This document shows, piece by piece, positions 51,991 to 64,000 of a DNA stretch of 64,000 nt (the first letter of the stretch is position 1; every line of letters begins with the position of its first letter). Position numbers and translations under genes: made by a program. Source of the stretch: Tubiluchus corallicola (Eukaryota > Animalia > Priapulida); the NCBI GenBank assembly GCA_030141605.1, contig JAQGDQ010000383.1, forward strand, positions 62,001 through 126,000. The letters are read 5' to 3'. Below the pieces are notes generated by a model. The model did not search any database and had not been told where the DNA came from. It was given only the letters and a program-made list of their open reading frames with translations.

Positions 51991-54900
51991 ATATGGGGTT
52001 TCTACGAGTGTACTCGCTTAACCGCTAATCATGACAGTATACTGTAGTAATATCAAGCGTAGTGGAGCACGAAGCAAAAATCACTAGCTACGATCGTACA
52101 TCGATTTTGATATAAAAAAGATATGAAAGTGAATTGTGATAACGCACGTGCTGCTCTCAGAGGCTCAGTCTACTGTGAGTCTGTCTCAGGGTCTTTGTTG
52201 TTAATGTTAATTTATTCCAGATTAAGCTTAAGTTATTGGTTTTGCAGTGAGATCATCCTTGTGTTAATTGTGTGTATTCGACATTATTAGCTCACTTAGG
52301 TCTTTCGTCACCTCCCCTCGTATTTAAGTGAAGAACTTAGATTAGATGCAATACGAGACGTGCGATTTTGTGGTTTTGAGCAAAATGGCAATTTGTTCTA
52401 CTATTTTTGAAAGAAGTAAAATGAATCAGTTTGATTGAAATGGAGTAGTATTTTGACAACTTTAATATATATCTTTAATTTTAAAATCAAGATTTTGAAT
52501 TGAGAATTTTAATGTTTTGTCAAAATGCTGCACTTACAGTTACACCCATTCAAGTAGCTTTTCCCAATTTAAGCAAAATACATCCTCAAGCAGCAAACTT
52601 TTACATGCAATATGAGCTTGTAAATAGACACCATATTGGAAACTGCCCAATTTCAACAGTCCATAAACATGAAAGAACGACACTGACATAACTTCCTTTT
52701 CACTAGAGTAGAGGATTTAAAACAGCAACAACTGTTTATTATACACACATAATCACAAAATTGACAAAATAAAGCAAAGACAGAAAAGTCTGTAAAACTA
52801 TCATCTTGTCTGTAAAACTGGAACAAAAAGCTCCCTTATGCACTAAATCCTCATGGCCAATCAAAAACTTTCTTGGTGTCACATGCTTCGCGTTCGCGAC
52901 ACACTGACAGAGCGCACACGTACACATTCATTGGCATACCCTTATGCACATATGTATACACTGTAATATAAATAAGTCTGCAATACTATCGGGAACAGCA
53001 ACAGCGGTAACCACAACAGCATGCCATACCTGATAACAGGATAACTGTTAACATTTTTGTTAGCTTCAATGAAAATGGTAGTTTCCTCAGTGTTAATGAT
53101 GGGTAATATGACAACATTGTGCAGTGGTGATGCCAGTATTGATGTTGGTGGTGATGGTAGTGATGATAATGATGATTATAATGGTGATCATGTGTTATGT
53201 TACTTGTGATGATGGCAGTTAATTTAAAAGTTGACCTTTTTCCAAAAACTTCATTTCCAGTAAATAGTTCATTATAAAAATCAGTGTAATAGAAAAAATG
53301 TCAATAATTCATCCACAAAGATAATTAGTAACTTGTAAGTCAAACTTCTTGATATTTAGGGACAACTTGCCATCACCCCATTTGCTTTGCTCAATTGTAA
53401 TATGATGCTTATTCATTAGAAAATAGGAAATAGGTATTTTTAACACAATGTCAAATTTGTAATTGATGCAGTTTAATTAAGATTTTAATCAATAGAAATT
53501 AATTTTGAAGATCGTTACAATAAAAGTAGCCCAACATAAATCACATTTTCCGAGCTGTCATGTACATCAGAGTTGATTGCCAGATACAAAGTCAAGTGTC
53601 TGAACTGCAATATGATGATTGGCAAAGAATAGTTGATGATGCAAAAATGTGCTCATTTGTTATCGGTATTATATCGCATTTTGCAAAGAAATATGTTGCA
53701 AGCTTATAGCACTTTGTAGGGAAGCAGTTTTTTCTGACGGCTGTTACTTCTGGTATATCTCGTGCTGAACACAAATAGAAATTATTGGTGAAAGCCTTGG
53801 GTAACATTTACAGAATGGTGTAGGCTGTCAGATTTTTGCAAAATTAGTCTACATCTCATTTTAAATCTAAGTTCTTCATATGTGTAATATGCACTAACAT
53901 CTAAACTACTGTATTAAGTTTATGAAACTAATTAAATTTACTATTACAGTTACTGTCACTTGTCCATTTACCAGTACAATATAAATAGGTGGCTAAGTTT
54001 AGAGAAAAATGGCTTTTGACCCCGATATGATCCGTATCATTACTTGACCAGTATCGTCTGAGCATGGCCGCAATATGACCTTTTGAGCTCCTAGGCTTAT
54101 GAAATCATGGGGTCCCCTCAGATAGAGCCATCCACGAATTTGCCCGCACCAGTCTTAAACACTTGCAAATTCTTTAAATAAACTATCTTTTGTTTGTCAG
54201 AAATGTTCTTTAATAATAGCACTATTTTACTGTTTATTGCATACCAAACTAAAATAACAATCTTTAACCAAATAGTTGTACTTTTTTCTAACTTGCAAAG
54301 TCATCAATTAAACTAAATTGTGTATTTTGTGTAATATCAAGCGCAGACAAGCTGCAAGATATAAATTAACTCTTTATTATTACAACAGTGGCTATGTGTG
54401 GTGGTGTTGACAGTAACTGTTACCCTGCATAGGTTGACGTTCTTCGGTAGGCTGCTGATTAAATGTTAATACAGTTGCATCAGCAATTACTGAGTTTACT
54501 CAAAGAGGAGCTATCCATCATCATTCAAGGCTCAGTGAAGGTGTTACTAATGGTAGAGTACATAAGAGAGTGCATTACATTTACTAACAACAACATGTTT
54601 AAATCAGCAATTCTTAAACGTAAGTGATATGCATTTTTTTCCTATAAAAACTGAAATTAGACTATATTTCCACTAATTATATATTATATAATATAGTCAA
54701 TATATATATATGTTTTATATAGGCTTGCTGGGTAATGTTTCCTAACTATGTTTAGTTTCCAGGATCATCCTGTTTCCTGTAACTCCTAGCTGTTTCTAAA
54801 CATTTTAAGCTTATAGTCTATAATATTTTTGTTATAAGTGTAATGAAGTAAAACTGGTCAGTTAACACAAGTAAGTAAATTAAGTGTAATATTCAATAAG

Positions 54901-55592
54901 TGAAGTTTTGGTAAGCTTTTGGAAAACACACATCTGTTTAGTTAACTAACCATTGGTGTTAGCAAAATGAAATAATCCGAAGATTCTTAGTGGATTCTTA
55001 GTAACAATCCCCTAAAGCATTGCTACCTTAGGTTATTGGATCAATGTCCAAAAAATTTGTTAGCATTTTTAATGAAATAATTTGAATATCAATTAAATGA
55101 TCTTTGTGATCACAATACAGAAAAATAATTAGGCAAAAAGATGTTCCAGTTTGTGGTAGTGGTTAAATTAATGTAATTTGCCAAGGGAAATTTGAAGATT
55201 AGGTAAGTATTAAAAGAAATCAAAATTTATTATGCTGAGTTTTTGGTAAAAGTGGTGGTGTTCTATTTGTGCCACTATGCTAGGATTAGAATTTGGGGAT
55301 TTAATTTTACAAATTACACTAGTATTGTGTAGCATGTTTTTGTTTGTTTGCTTTATTACTCTTTTTCAGATTTGCTTGTGTTCTTTTCAGATGTGTGCAC
55401 CTTAATTTGCCAGTGAGCTTCTTAGCACCAGTAAAGGCAGTTGAGGAAGCGTATATGCAGATTGATGCTAATATAAAACGAGGCCATTGCATTAAAAATC
55501 TTTGATTAGTACATAAAACGGACAGTGAGGAGTGGGTTGGTAAATGCTATATTTACTGGTATTCAGTGGTCAGATGCTTGAATGATTCCATT

Positions 55593-56957
55593 ATGGGAAA
55601 GAAAAGAAAACTGTTAAAGACAAATCAGAAACGCAAACCAAAGCTTACCAATATATTGCAGAAAAACACCAATCGCCAAGACACTGTTGTGGAGATAATT
55701 AACCAAGTTGTTAAAGAGTGTGCCAGCGAAGACTTTGTGCCTCACAAGCAAACAACTAAAACTAGCAGTGAACATGACACTGCCGGCAATGATATTTGTG
55801 AAACAAAATTCCAGAAAGGTGACAAAAAAATTTCTCTGAAGAACATTCAAACCACTGGGGCAATCACCAGAAGTCATAAACGTGCGGGAGCTTCAACACT
55901 TCAAGATGTTTTTGAAACTTCTAAAGACAGTGCTAATGTGTGTGGCGATAATAAAAATAAAAATCTTAGTAATACAGTATCGGTATGCAACAGCAGTATA
56001 GCAAACTTAAATTATAGCGAGAATAGTGTACCGATCATTTGTAATGACAGTTCTTCAGAGTCAGACAAAGAGATTGAATTCAATCCTAAGTGCTGCAGTA
56101 CTAAAATGATCTCAAGTGAAGCAGACCAAAAATTTCTGTTGAATTCAGATCAGCATGAGCTTGCGACTTTTTCTGATACACTGTCGACATATCTTCCGTT
56201 TATTAAAACAGGGTCTTTAGATGTTGAAGAAATACCGCCAAATCTTGCTACTCATACATCTGTAAGTCAAGTTTGTGGACTTAAAGAAAATTTTTACAAT
56301 GACTTGGAGGCAGTTTCCTCTGAAAAATTGGTTAAAAGTGCTAACAGTTTAACTAAAAGCCAAACCATCAAAGAAAGTGAAGTATGCAAAATGCTAAATG
56401 CTCCTAGTGTCTGCAAACTAAAAGAAAGAAAGATTGTGTTCCAAAAAGATTCTTTGCCAACACAGCTTTTAAAATTTATAATTAAAGAGCAAAAGCTTGA
56501 TGAAGATAACCCCTCATCTGATCATATGACAGAACAATCTGAATTTGAACAATCCTTTTTAGAGACTCTGTTAAACAATGTGGAGAGCACAGAATATCCA
56601 GTGGCAGTCCGACCTATACTCGGTTATGCGAAAGATAAGGCAGAGCTAACTTTTCCATACAAAGCAGTACCCAAGAAATGTGCAATATTAAACAGAAATT
56701 GCCAAGCTGACTATGAAAATTGTGAGAGCACAGCAGGTGAATACATACGCTTGCAGCTGGAAACATTTGCTGCACAACATCCTCAAAAGCTGAAACATAT
56801 TTATGATAAATTGAAAACTTCTGACTCATTCTCAGTGGCTGTAAACTGTCAAAATAAGACATTGTTGGGTGTTGAGAAGCCTTGCAAAATATGTCCAGTG
56901 CATGGCTTCACAAGCCAAGACTTTTGGCAAATAAAGGAGTGCCGTATCTTATTATAA
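55593..56957 (+). CDS. Uncharacterised about 454-aa protein, single coding exon; basic N-terminus, disordered Ser/Lys/Glu-rich body, C-terminal CxxCxxH
   Basis: 1.37-kb uninterrupted ORF in AT-rich DNA. First ATG gives MGKKRK (NLS-like). Upstream acceptors near 55369 and 55390 and a donor near 54620 suggest spliced 5' UTR exons. AATAAA at the stop codon and at 57745-57750. Confidence 0.75.
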   Translation: MGKKRKLLKTNQKRKPKLTNILQKNTNRQDTVVEIINQVVKECASEDFVPHKQTTKTSSEHDTAGNDICETKFQKGDKKISLKNIQTTGAITRSHKRAGASTLQDVFETSKDSANVCGDNKNKNLSNTVSVCNSSIANLNYSENSVPIICNDSSSESDKEIEFNPKCCSTKMISSEADQKFLLNSDQHELATFSDTLSTYLPFIKTGSLDVEEIPPNLATHTSVSQVCGLKENFYNDLEAVSSEKLVKSANSLTKSQTIKESEVCKMLNAPSVCKLKERKIVFQKDSLPTQLLKFIIKEQKLDEDNPSSDHMTEQSEFEQSFLETLLNNVESTEYPVAVRPILGYAKDKAELTFPYKAVPKKCAILNRNCQADYENCESTAGEYIRLQLETFAAQHPQKLKHIYDKLKTSDSFSVAVNCQNKTLLGVEKPCKICPVHGFTSQDFWQIKECRILL

Positions 56958-58482
56958 TAAAGTGTTGGGTACAATGGTTACAGGTAACATAGTAACATAG
57001 TAGATATTGCAGAACCTAGGGAATGCAGTACTAGGTTAAATAGTGAATGTAATTATATAGTTAATTTCTAGTTCACTTAATAGTATTCATTGCTTAACTT
57101 CACTGTTCTATGAATATAATGTGATCTTGCAACACCTTACAATTATAATTCATAGTGTTTATATAGTGTTCAGCATCTATATAATTTTGTTATTCTACTA
57201 ATATAATGTGATCAGACACTGCCTTTCACTTCTATATATCTCACTTTCTTTCCTGACGTTTCTATCAAATAATGAAAAAATACTAAAAATAGAAATAATG
57301 ATTAGTTATGTGGTTTCATTTATGTTAATGTTTGTTAGAAAAAATATATTGTATGCTTACATTTGCATAATTACAGTCTAATGCCAATCACCTATCCAGT
57401 ACAAATCAAAATATATTTCAGCGCCTATAGACTTAATACCATGTATATGTGTATATGTGAAGAAAGAAATTATAATACATAAAAAGTGGGGCAGCAATGG
57501 ACACCCTGTCCTAATACAAACTATGGTTTGTAGTATGTCAAACAATTGGTACTGTGTTGTACAATACTAAAACTGTATTTGATTGTGTGGCTAAAAAACC
57601 CGTGAGCTACTCACTTGTGAAGTATTGTTCAATATGCACTGATTCTAAATTTTGTATTTGAGTTTACGAAATTCACTAATGTAACTGCCAGGTTGAGGTT
57701 GAATCATGTGGTCATAACTATGTTGTATTATCGTGTTTTTAAAGAATAAACATTAATGTTAAGTGCTGTAATGCTCAATTATGCATTCTGCTTTGCAATA
57801 CTTGCATCTTGTCATATAGCAACTTTGGCATTTACTGTTCTGCTGCATATTTTACGCTGTTTTACTCTTCCCAGTAGATTCCAATTTATATAAAGTCGGA
57901 ATTCCATACTTGGGTAAGACATGGTCGTGCCAATGTCTTGTAAAGAGGAAGCGCAAGAGGGTTTTTTGCATTGCAGAACGTAATAAATTCATTAGCTCTG
58001 AAACAGACGTTAAAAGGACTTAGTACAGCAACTTATGCAGCTAGCCCTTTTAATGAATATTTGGGCTTCGTTTTTTTTGGAAATTTTTTCTTTAGAGGTT
58101 TTTGTATGTATTCCAGAAACTGAAGAAAAGTGGATCTTTGGATTAATTTAAGACACCTGCTGAAAAAAACGATATTCTAAAGTCGCCACGGCTAACTGAG
58201 TGGTTAAAAAAACAATGGATTGTCAGTACAATATGACGCTGCAACATCCGAATATGCTGGTGCAAAAGATATCTATAATTATTTATTTTGGGCAACTCAT
58301 TGTTGCTGTTTAAAAGCCGATTGTAAATGTATGTATAGTAGCATATGACTAATGTTGTTATGTTGTCCAAGAGACTGTAAATGGTACGTTTCACAATATT
58401 TGATGCTTAGTGAATACTGAGTTTATGGTTCGAGGTCTTCTGCTAAATCAATGGCTAAGATGTAGAAAATTGGCGAACTACA

Positions 58483-58537
58483 ACACTAGATGGCAGCAAA
58501 AAGAAAAAATTTCCGAAACAAGGAAAATATGGCGGCC
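58483..58537 (+). promoter_or_regulatory. KHDC4 proximal promoter: CTCF-like and YY1-like motifs
   Basis: ACACTAGATGGCAGCA (58483-58498) fits the CTCF core. AATATGGCGGC over the start codon fits the YY1 consensus. Motif match only. Confidence 0.5.
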
Positions 58538-61500
58538 GTTAATAATTTGGGAAGGTAGGTTACAAAGTTGAAATCGTTTTTATAGCTTGGTTTTTACCAA
58601 TTTTAGTTTGTATTTATCTATGAATCCTTATGGCATGGTTTACATGTTTTTTTTTATAGGAACGGTCCGCGCGATAGTTTAGAAGCAGCGTCAGAAGCTG
58701 CTGCTAGAGTGAATGCGCAACTTATTGCCAAGGGGAAGTTGAAGTTGCCAAACTCTGCTAAAACTAAGGTGAGAGAGTTTTCATAGTTTAGTTATTCAGC
58801 CTATGGTTCGTGTGCAATGTAACAATTCTCCATTCTTGCTAATGTTAAGACACTTCGCCACTTAATAAAGGATCTTCATGGTTAATAATTATAACGTATT
58901 CATAGTTGAACTTGAACATTACACCATCATTGAATCACAATTCACATTATTTTGTTATGATTCACCAAACCTTATAAAGTAAAGTCAAATGATGAAGTCA
59001 TAGTGCAGTGCAGGCAACTCCTCGCATGCCTTATCATCTGGGGATGGCACGGGCCTGCTAAACAGGGTATAACCCGCCAGTCTAACTGCACAACATGACA
59101 CCAAATTGCGAAGGGAATTGAGTAATAAAATGAATAATAAAATTCGGGACAAGAGAAATGCTATGTTAATAAAATAGTCCTACCATCTCATACTGCACCT
59201 GAAGAAGAAAATGGGCATCAAGGCCTGGAAGAACTTTAAGCACTGCAAAGATTCATTTCACAATCTTGACCTGCAGCAGGCTACCTTCTGAAAGCTGTTT
59301 CATTCTTAGTTTTCTTGCACCTCTTGGTTGCAATCATCATTTTCAAGTGCGGAAATTAAAAATTATAAGCGCCAATGACACAGTTTAAAAGCACATTGCG
59401 AAATAAACCCAGGTAACAGTGTTACACGTTTTTACACAAAACAAAACAAAATCTTTAATATAATTGTCATTACGAATGTCAAATTCGCTATCTGACTGAT
59501 CACTGAGGATCATCACTTAGGTCTAACATGTCACTAATAACTAAAATAATTTGAATAAGTTTCTATGTTTCATTTTTACTTTTGGTTATACCATTGTCTT
59601 TTATTTATACAGACTGTGACAGGAATTGGTGGCCTTCAATATAGAAAAGAAGCCAATGACTTGTATGTAGCAGAAGTGGATATCAATGATGTTCCAATGG
59701 CTGCTAGAAATATCCTTACCCGGGGAATGACACAGGATGAGGTATTTGAAATTTTGGCTTTTACATTCTGGTGCAGCACGGCATGAAAGTTTGGCTGAGG
59801 CATGTGAAATAGCCTTTATAACATTTAGTGTGTTTTAAGTCTGGCTGTATATGCACACAATGTATAAATTTCTTTCCTTGTCCTCTATATGGTTTGTCTT
59901 TTTTCAGATTAACAAATTTAGTGGGGCTGCTATATCTACAAGAGGGAGATACATGTCCCTTGTTGATAGAGAGAAAAATAATATGGGGTATGTGGCTTCT
60001 TTGCTTTTCTATTGTTTAAATTTTGTCATGTTATTAATTATTTGCGATAAATTGTCCACTTCAGAATTATAGAACAGAATAAAATACAATTTTTTGTTTA
60101 TATTTAATAGCTCTGTATTTCGTTTGTTGTTAGTTTTTAATTGTTTGATTTTTGAAATATATTTGTGCTTACCTACAAGAACCTTGTTCTTCTATGTGGT
60201 ATACTGATTATACAGGTTACATGTTGTTGACCAAATTACTAATAATAATAATACTAGACATTGTGTTGCTGTGCCATATAAAAAGACCACTGACATAACA
60301 ATCTCATAGTTGTCATATGCTTTTAGTCATATGTTTCTTTGTGTTTATTGCAATCAGTGGTGTGATTCAATAGTATTAAAGGTACGGTTGCGCTTTTTAA
60401 ATACTTACTTTTTTCTTTTAGCGAAAGACCATTGTTTTTGCACATCTCAGGTCCAACGCAAACTTCTATTGATAGTAAGTTTTGCATTTTATCTCACTTT
60501 TATGGCTACATCTGAATCTACAAGAACTTTGGGGTTTTCCGCTGATTTTGTTTGTTAACTATTTACACCAACAAGAATTTGGTATTGAAATTAGGCATAC
60601 CTGGTAAGTTGCTTGTATTTCTCACTGGAGTGGTTCTTGCGAATTGATCAAATAAGGCATTGCCAGGCATGCTCAATTGTCGGTTGATAAAAAGACAAAC
60701 TGTGTACAGAATTTCTTTGCAGTCCAAAATTCATCCTTTCACTTATTTTTTTGACAGTTGGCACCAAGCTTTTTTTCATATTAACAAATGATGAACTGAA
60801 TCTATTATAATAGTGACATACGCCAAACAATTTCACTACTTTAGAAACCAATTGAGGATACAACATTGATGCTCAGAACTTTTCACTTGCATCGCGACTC
60901 TTACTGTGTTAAAATTCATACCACAATCAACTTACATTTGCGATTTTTTGGGAAAAATTGTGCAAAGCTAGTTTTTGATGTAATACATGACTTATTTTAC
61001 AGTGGCTGTTGCAAAAATTAATGAGATTATAAGCAATAGCTATGGTGATAAGCAGCAAAAGCAGTGGCCTTTAAGAGCACCTGATATCCAAAACACACCT
61101 AGAGGAGCATTACTGCCTACACCAGCTGTTTCTGCATTGGCTGCCCTACCACCGCAACTCCGACCACCAGCACCGACATTTTGTCCACCTGTATGTAGTT
61201 TTGTTGATTTTAACATGCATCTTTGTAGAGTTTTTTGCTTATTTTTTATATTTTTCAGAAGTAAATGACTGCTTTTTCAATTTTATTGAACTTTAATTTG
61301 AAATACTTATCTGTGGTTTGTTTCAGGGCCCAATGCTACAAGAAAAGGTATTTGTTGGATTAGATTTAACCTCAACATTTCCTTTAAAAGAAAAAATATT
61401 GGGACCTGGGGTAAGCAAATTTTCGTTAGTTTTAAATGAAACTTCTTATTTTTACATTCTTACCTTTGTGTAAGGTTTTTATTTTTTAAAAAAACCTGCC

Positions 61501-63923
61501 TATATTAACTTAAGTATTTGTGTGTTGCCATATAAATTGTTATGATGTGACATATTGACTTTTGCTGATTCCAGATTAAAATCTCAATCCGCTTCCTCGT
61601 GCATTAAAAATGACCTATTTTGATTTCCGGATCTTACTGCTGCTGAAAAATGTAGCTCCTGTCTCCCAGGAGTTTTGTTAGCACAGCAGTACATCATTTT
61701 TTATCCTTTGATCTTGCTGAAAACTATATCAACGATTTCTGTTATTAGCAAGAAAGATGAAATAACATAAGAATTGATCAGTTTTTTACTTTTGCTTGTT
61801 TAAATTAAACGGGCGAAGTAGAAAACCTGTGAGAAAGACTGTTTTATAGCAAGAATAACATAATTTCATATAACGTAATTTCAAGTGTAGCTCTTATATA
61901 GTGTGGAAGTCAACTTTTTTTATCCTTCAAATTAACCAGCACTTTAAGGATATCCTTAATTAAATTATGACCTGAATACGGAATGTTCATAAACCATTGT
62001 TGTGTATTTTACAACAATTATTACCTATTGTGGGTAATGAATTGAAAGAAAGGAGACACTGAAAAATCATGGGCTAGTCGGAATACACAGACGTAAATTA
62101 ATCAATGATAATGTAGAAGTTATCATAAGTTGATCAGTATCTGATATCAGTATCGGATTTCGGTACTTGAAATCAGGTGAATCCCATTTCTAAAGTGATT
62201 CATGCATCACATAGTCGTAAAGTCGTGTAATAATGGCACAATCACGTAATGATTGTTGAATTGTGTTTAGGGATCCTATTTAGCGCACATTGTCTCAGAG
62301 ACAGGCGCAAAGGTTGAACTACGAGGTAAAGGATCAGGTATTAGTGACACACTCACTGGACTAGAGTCGGCTGAACTTCTGCACCTTCTTATTACGTATG
62401 CACTTTCATTTAACTAAAACGTGTTTACTTGTTATTATTGCATTTGTAACTTTGAAAATGCAAATAAATGATATACATATACATACATACACATATATAT
62501 ATATATATTTCTAATTGAATAAAATTTAATTGTTTAATATCTAATTTTAATATGTATGATGAAATACGTTTCGTATGTTTGAGTCATTTTGTTTAACTTG
62601 CTTTTCCTTTACTTTAACTAAACTGTTCTCCATTGCTTAGGCACCCAAAGATAGAAGGCTTACATGCAGCCAAAGAACTTTGTGAAAATCTATGTCAAAC
62701 GGTAAGGTGATATTTGTAAATGCTTTTAGTAACTCTTTTTAGACATTATGTACATGAAGTCTAGTTAGGTTAACTACGTAAAAATTGAACAGGATTGTTC
62801 AAATTTTATTAGTTGGTAAGGCAACAAAAATGATTTATTTTGTGTAGGTTCGACAGGAATTCCTACAAGTACAGACTCAGGCACATGCTTTAGCTGCGGC
62901 ACAGTTAGCAAGCTTAGTAGCTAACCAGCAGGCTTTGCAGCAACTTCAGCAGCCGGGTGAGTGCCGTTATGTTATCATTTAGGTAAAATTGTGGTTCTAT
63001 ATATAAATTATTAACAAAATGTTTCTGTTTCTCATTTTCATAGCCATACAGTGACAATCTTGGGTTGTGTTTATACATGTAAAGTTTTGCAATAAGATAT
63101 GTACATTTGATTTCATTACCCTGAAGGTCATGAGCACGTTACTTGAAGCACAAACGCGTGGCCTGTCGCATAGTGGATTTTTAGACTTTAGAGTGATTAC
63201 GGTGATTACTTAAAAATTATAGTTGTACTGCTCATAAATTAAACTTACAGCTTTTTTGTTCCTTAGATTAAATCTTTCTTAGTCCGCGAGATGAAATGCA
63301 TGAGATGCAGAGCTGTGAGAATAGACTTGTTCAAATTTACAAAATTAATAACAAAGTAGTGACCTATCTGCATTTCGATTTATGTGGTTGCCGCTAGTAC
63401 TATCAATTGTTGTACGTGTTAGTGAAACACTCGGAGGCTATAAGAAGATGTGGCACTTCAGTTCTAGTTACACATCGATACACACCTCCAAAATTATTTG
63501 TCTAAATGAACAGTTTTCAGTTTACTAGTATTTAACTGGGATCTACTGTTTGGACAACAACGTTTTTATAGTATACTTGGTTGTCGAAATAATCACAACA
63601 GTTGAGTTGATCAACCTCAATTTAATATTTTTTCATTTGTATAAATACGTGTGCCCACGCAAGATGTTGAGAAAAATTTTGGTGCTTTAAATTTGCTGTT
63701 CTTTAAACTTAAATTTTTTTATGATGTAGTCTACTTTATGTATCAATTTTATTTTTAGGTCTAAATGTTGCAGGACTTAACTCAGCTCAGCCAGCTGGTT
63801 CACAAGTACTGCTGAGTAATACACCAATAACACGCAGTGGACTTGCAAATCAGCAGGGATTGTTAGCATCGACTGCTGGGTCGTCATTGTTCTCACATAC
63901 GCCATTAATAAATTCTACGCCAG
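58529..63923 (+). CDS. KHDC4: KH domain-containing 4 / BLOM7 pre-mRNA splicing factor; first 11 exons, 3' incomplete
   Basis: Exons 58529-58554, 58660-58768, 59613-59741, 59908-59987, 60422-60474, 61003-61190, 61327-61410, 62271-62395, 62641-62701, 62848-62956 and 63759-63923 join in frame. Diagnostic motifs: [64 protein letters not shown]. Confidence 0.94.
58985..59330 (+). mobile_element. Decayed 5' end of an RTE-clade LINE
   Basis: The HDV-like fold is followed by an ATG and frameshifted remnants resembling the RTE endonuclease start (KFGT..., PERRT..A.EL-like). Confidence 0.5.
58991..59091 (+). ncRNA. HDV-like self-cleaving ribozyme candidate (possibly decayed) in KHDC4 intron 2
   Basis: Nested double-pseudoknot order is present: P1 GATGAAG, P2 GTGCAG, P3 GCA, loop with TCCTCGC, P3' TGC, P1' CTT(AT)CATC, GG, P4 stem, CTAA, P2' CTGCAC. 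P1 and L3 each carry about 2 extra nt. Confidence 0.6.
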
Positions 63924-64000
63924 GTAAAAATGCTGCAATTAGTTTAATCAATATCTTTATTTGACAAGAAACATTACAATCATATAATAAATACAATGGG

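Overview
AT-rich, intron-containing metazoan (invertebrate-like) genomic DNA with no prokaryotic features. Five protein-coding genes can be assembled by hand, all on the + strand. (1) IQCH: 4 coding exons, about 1061 aa. (2) An unnamed single-pass membrane protein with a 10-Cys ectodomain and cytoplasmic PY motifs; its first exon is uncertain. (3) TMEM135: 10 shared exons followed by three homologous, intact alternative last exons. (4) An orphan single-coding-exon ORF of about 454 aa. (5) The first 11 exons of KHDC4/BLOM7, running off the window end. Intergenic and intronic DNA holds decayed LINEs (CR1 group, RTE, R1-like), a solo LTR, hAT and pogo-like non-autonomous elements, tRNA-derived SINEs and compound microsatellites. 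The most interesting signals are the triplicated TMEM135 terminal-exon cassette, an HDV-like ribozyme fold in KHDC4 intron 2, and a membrane-tethered toxin/defensin-like Cys domain. All family assignments come from remembered sequence similarity, not database searches.
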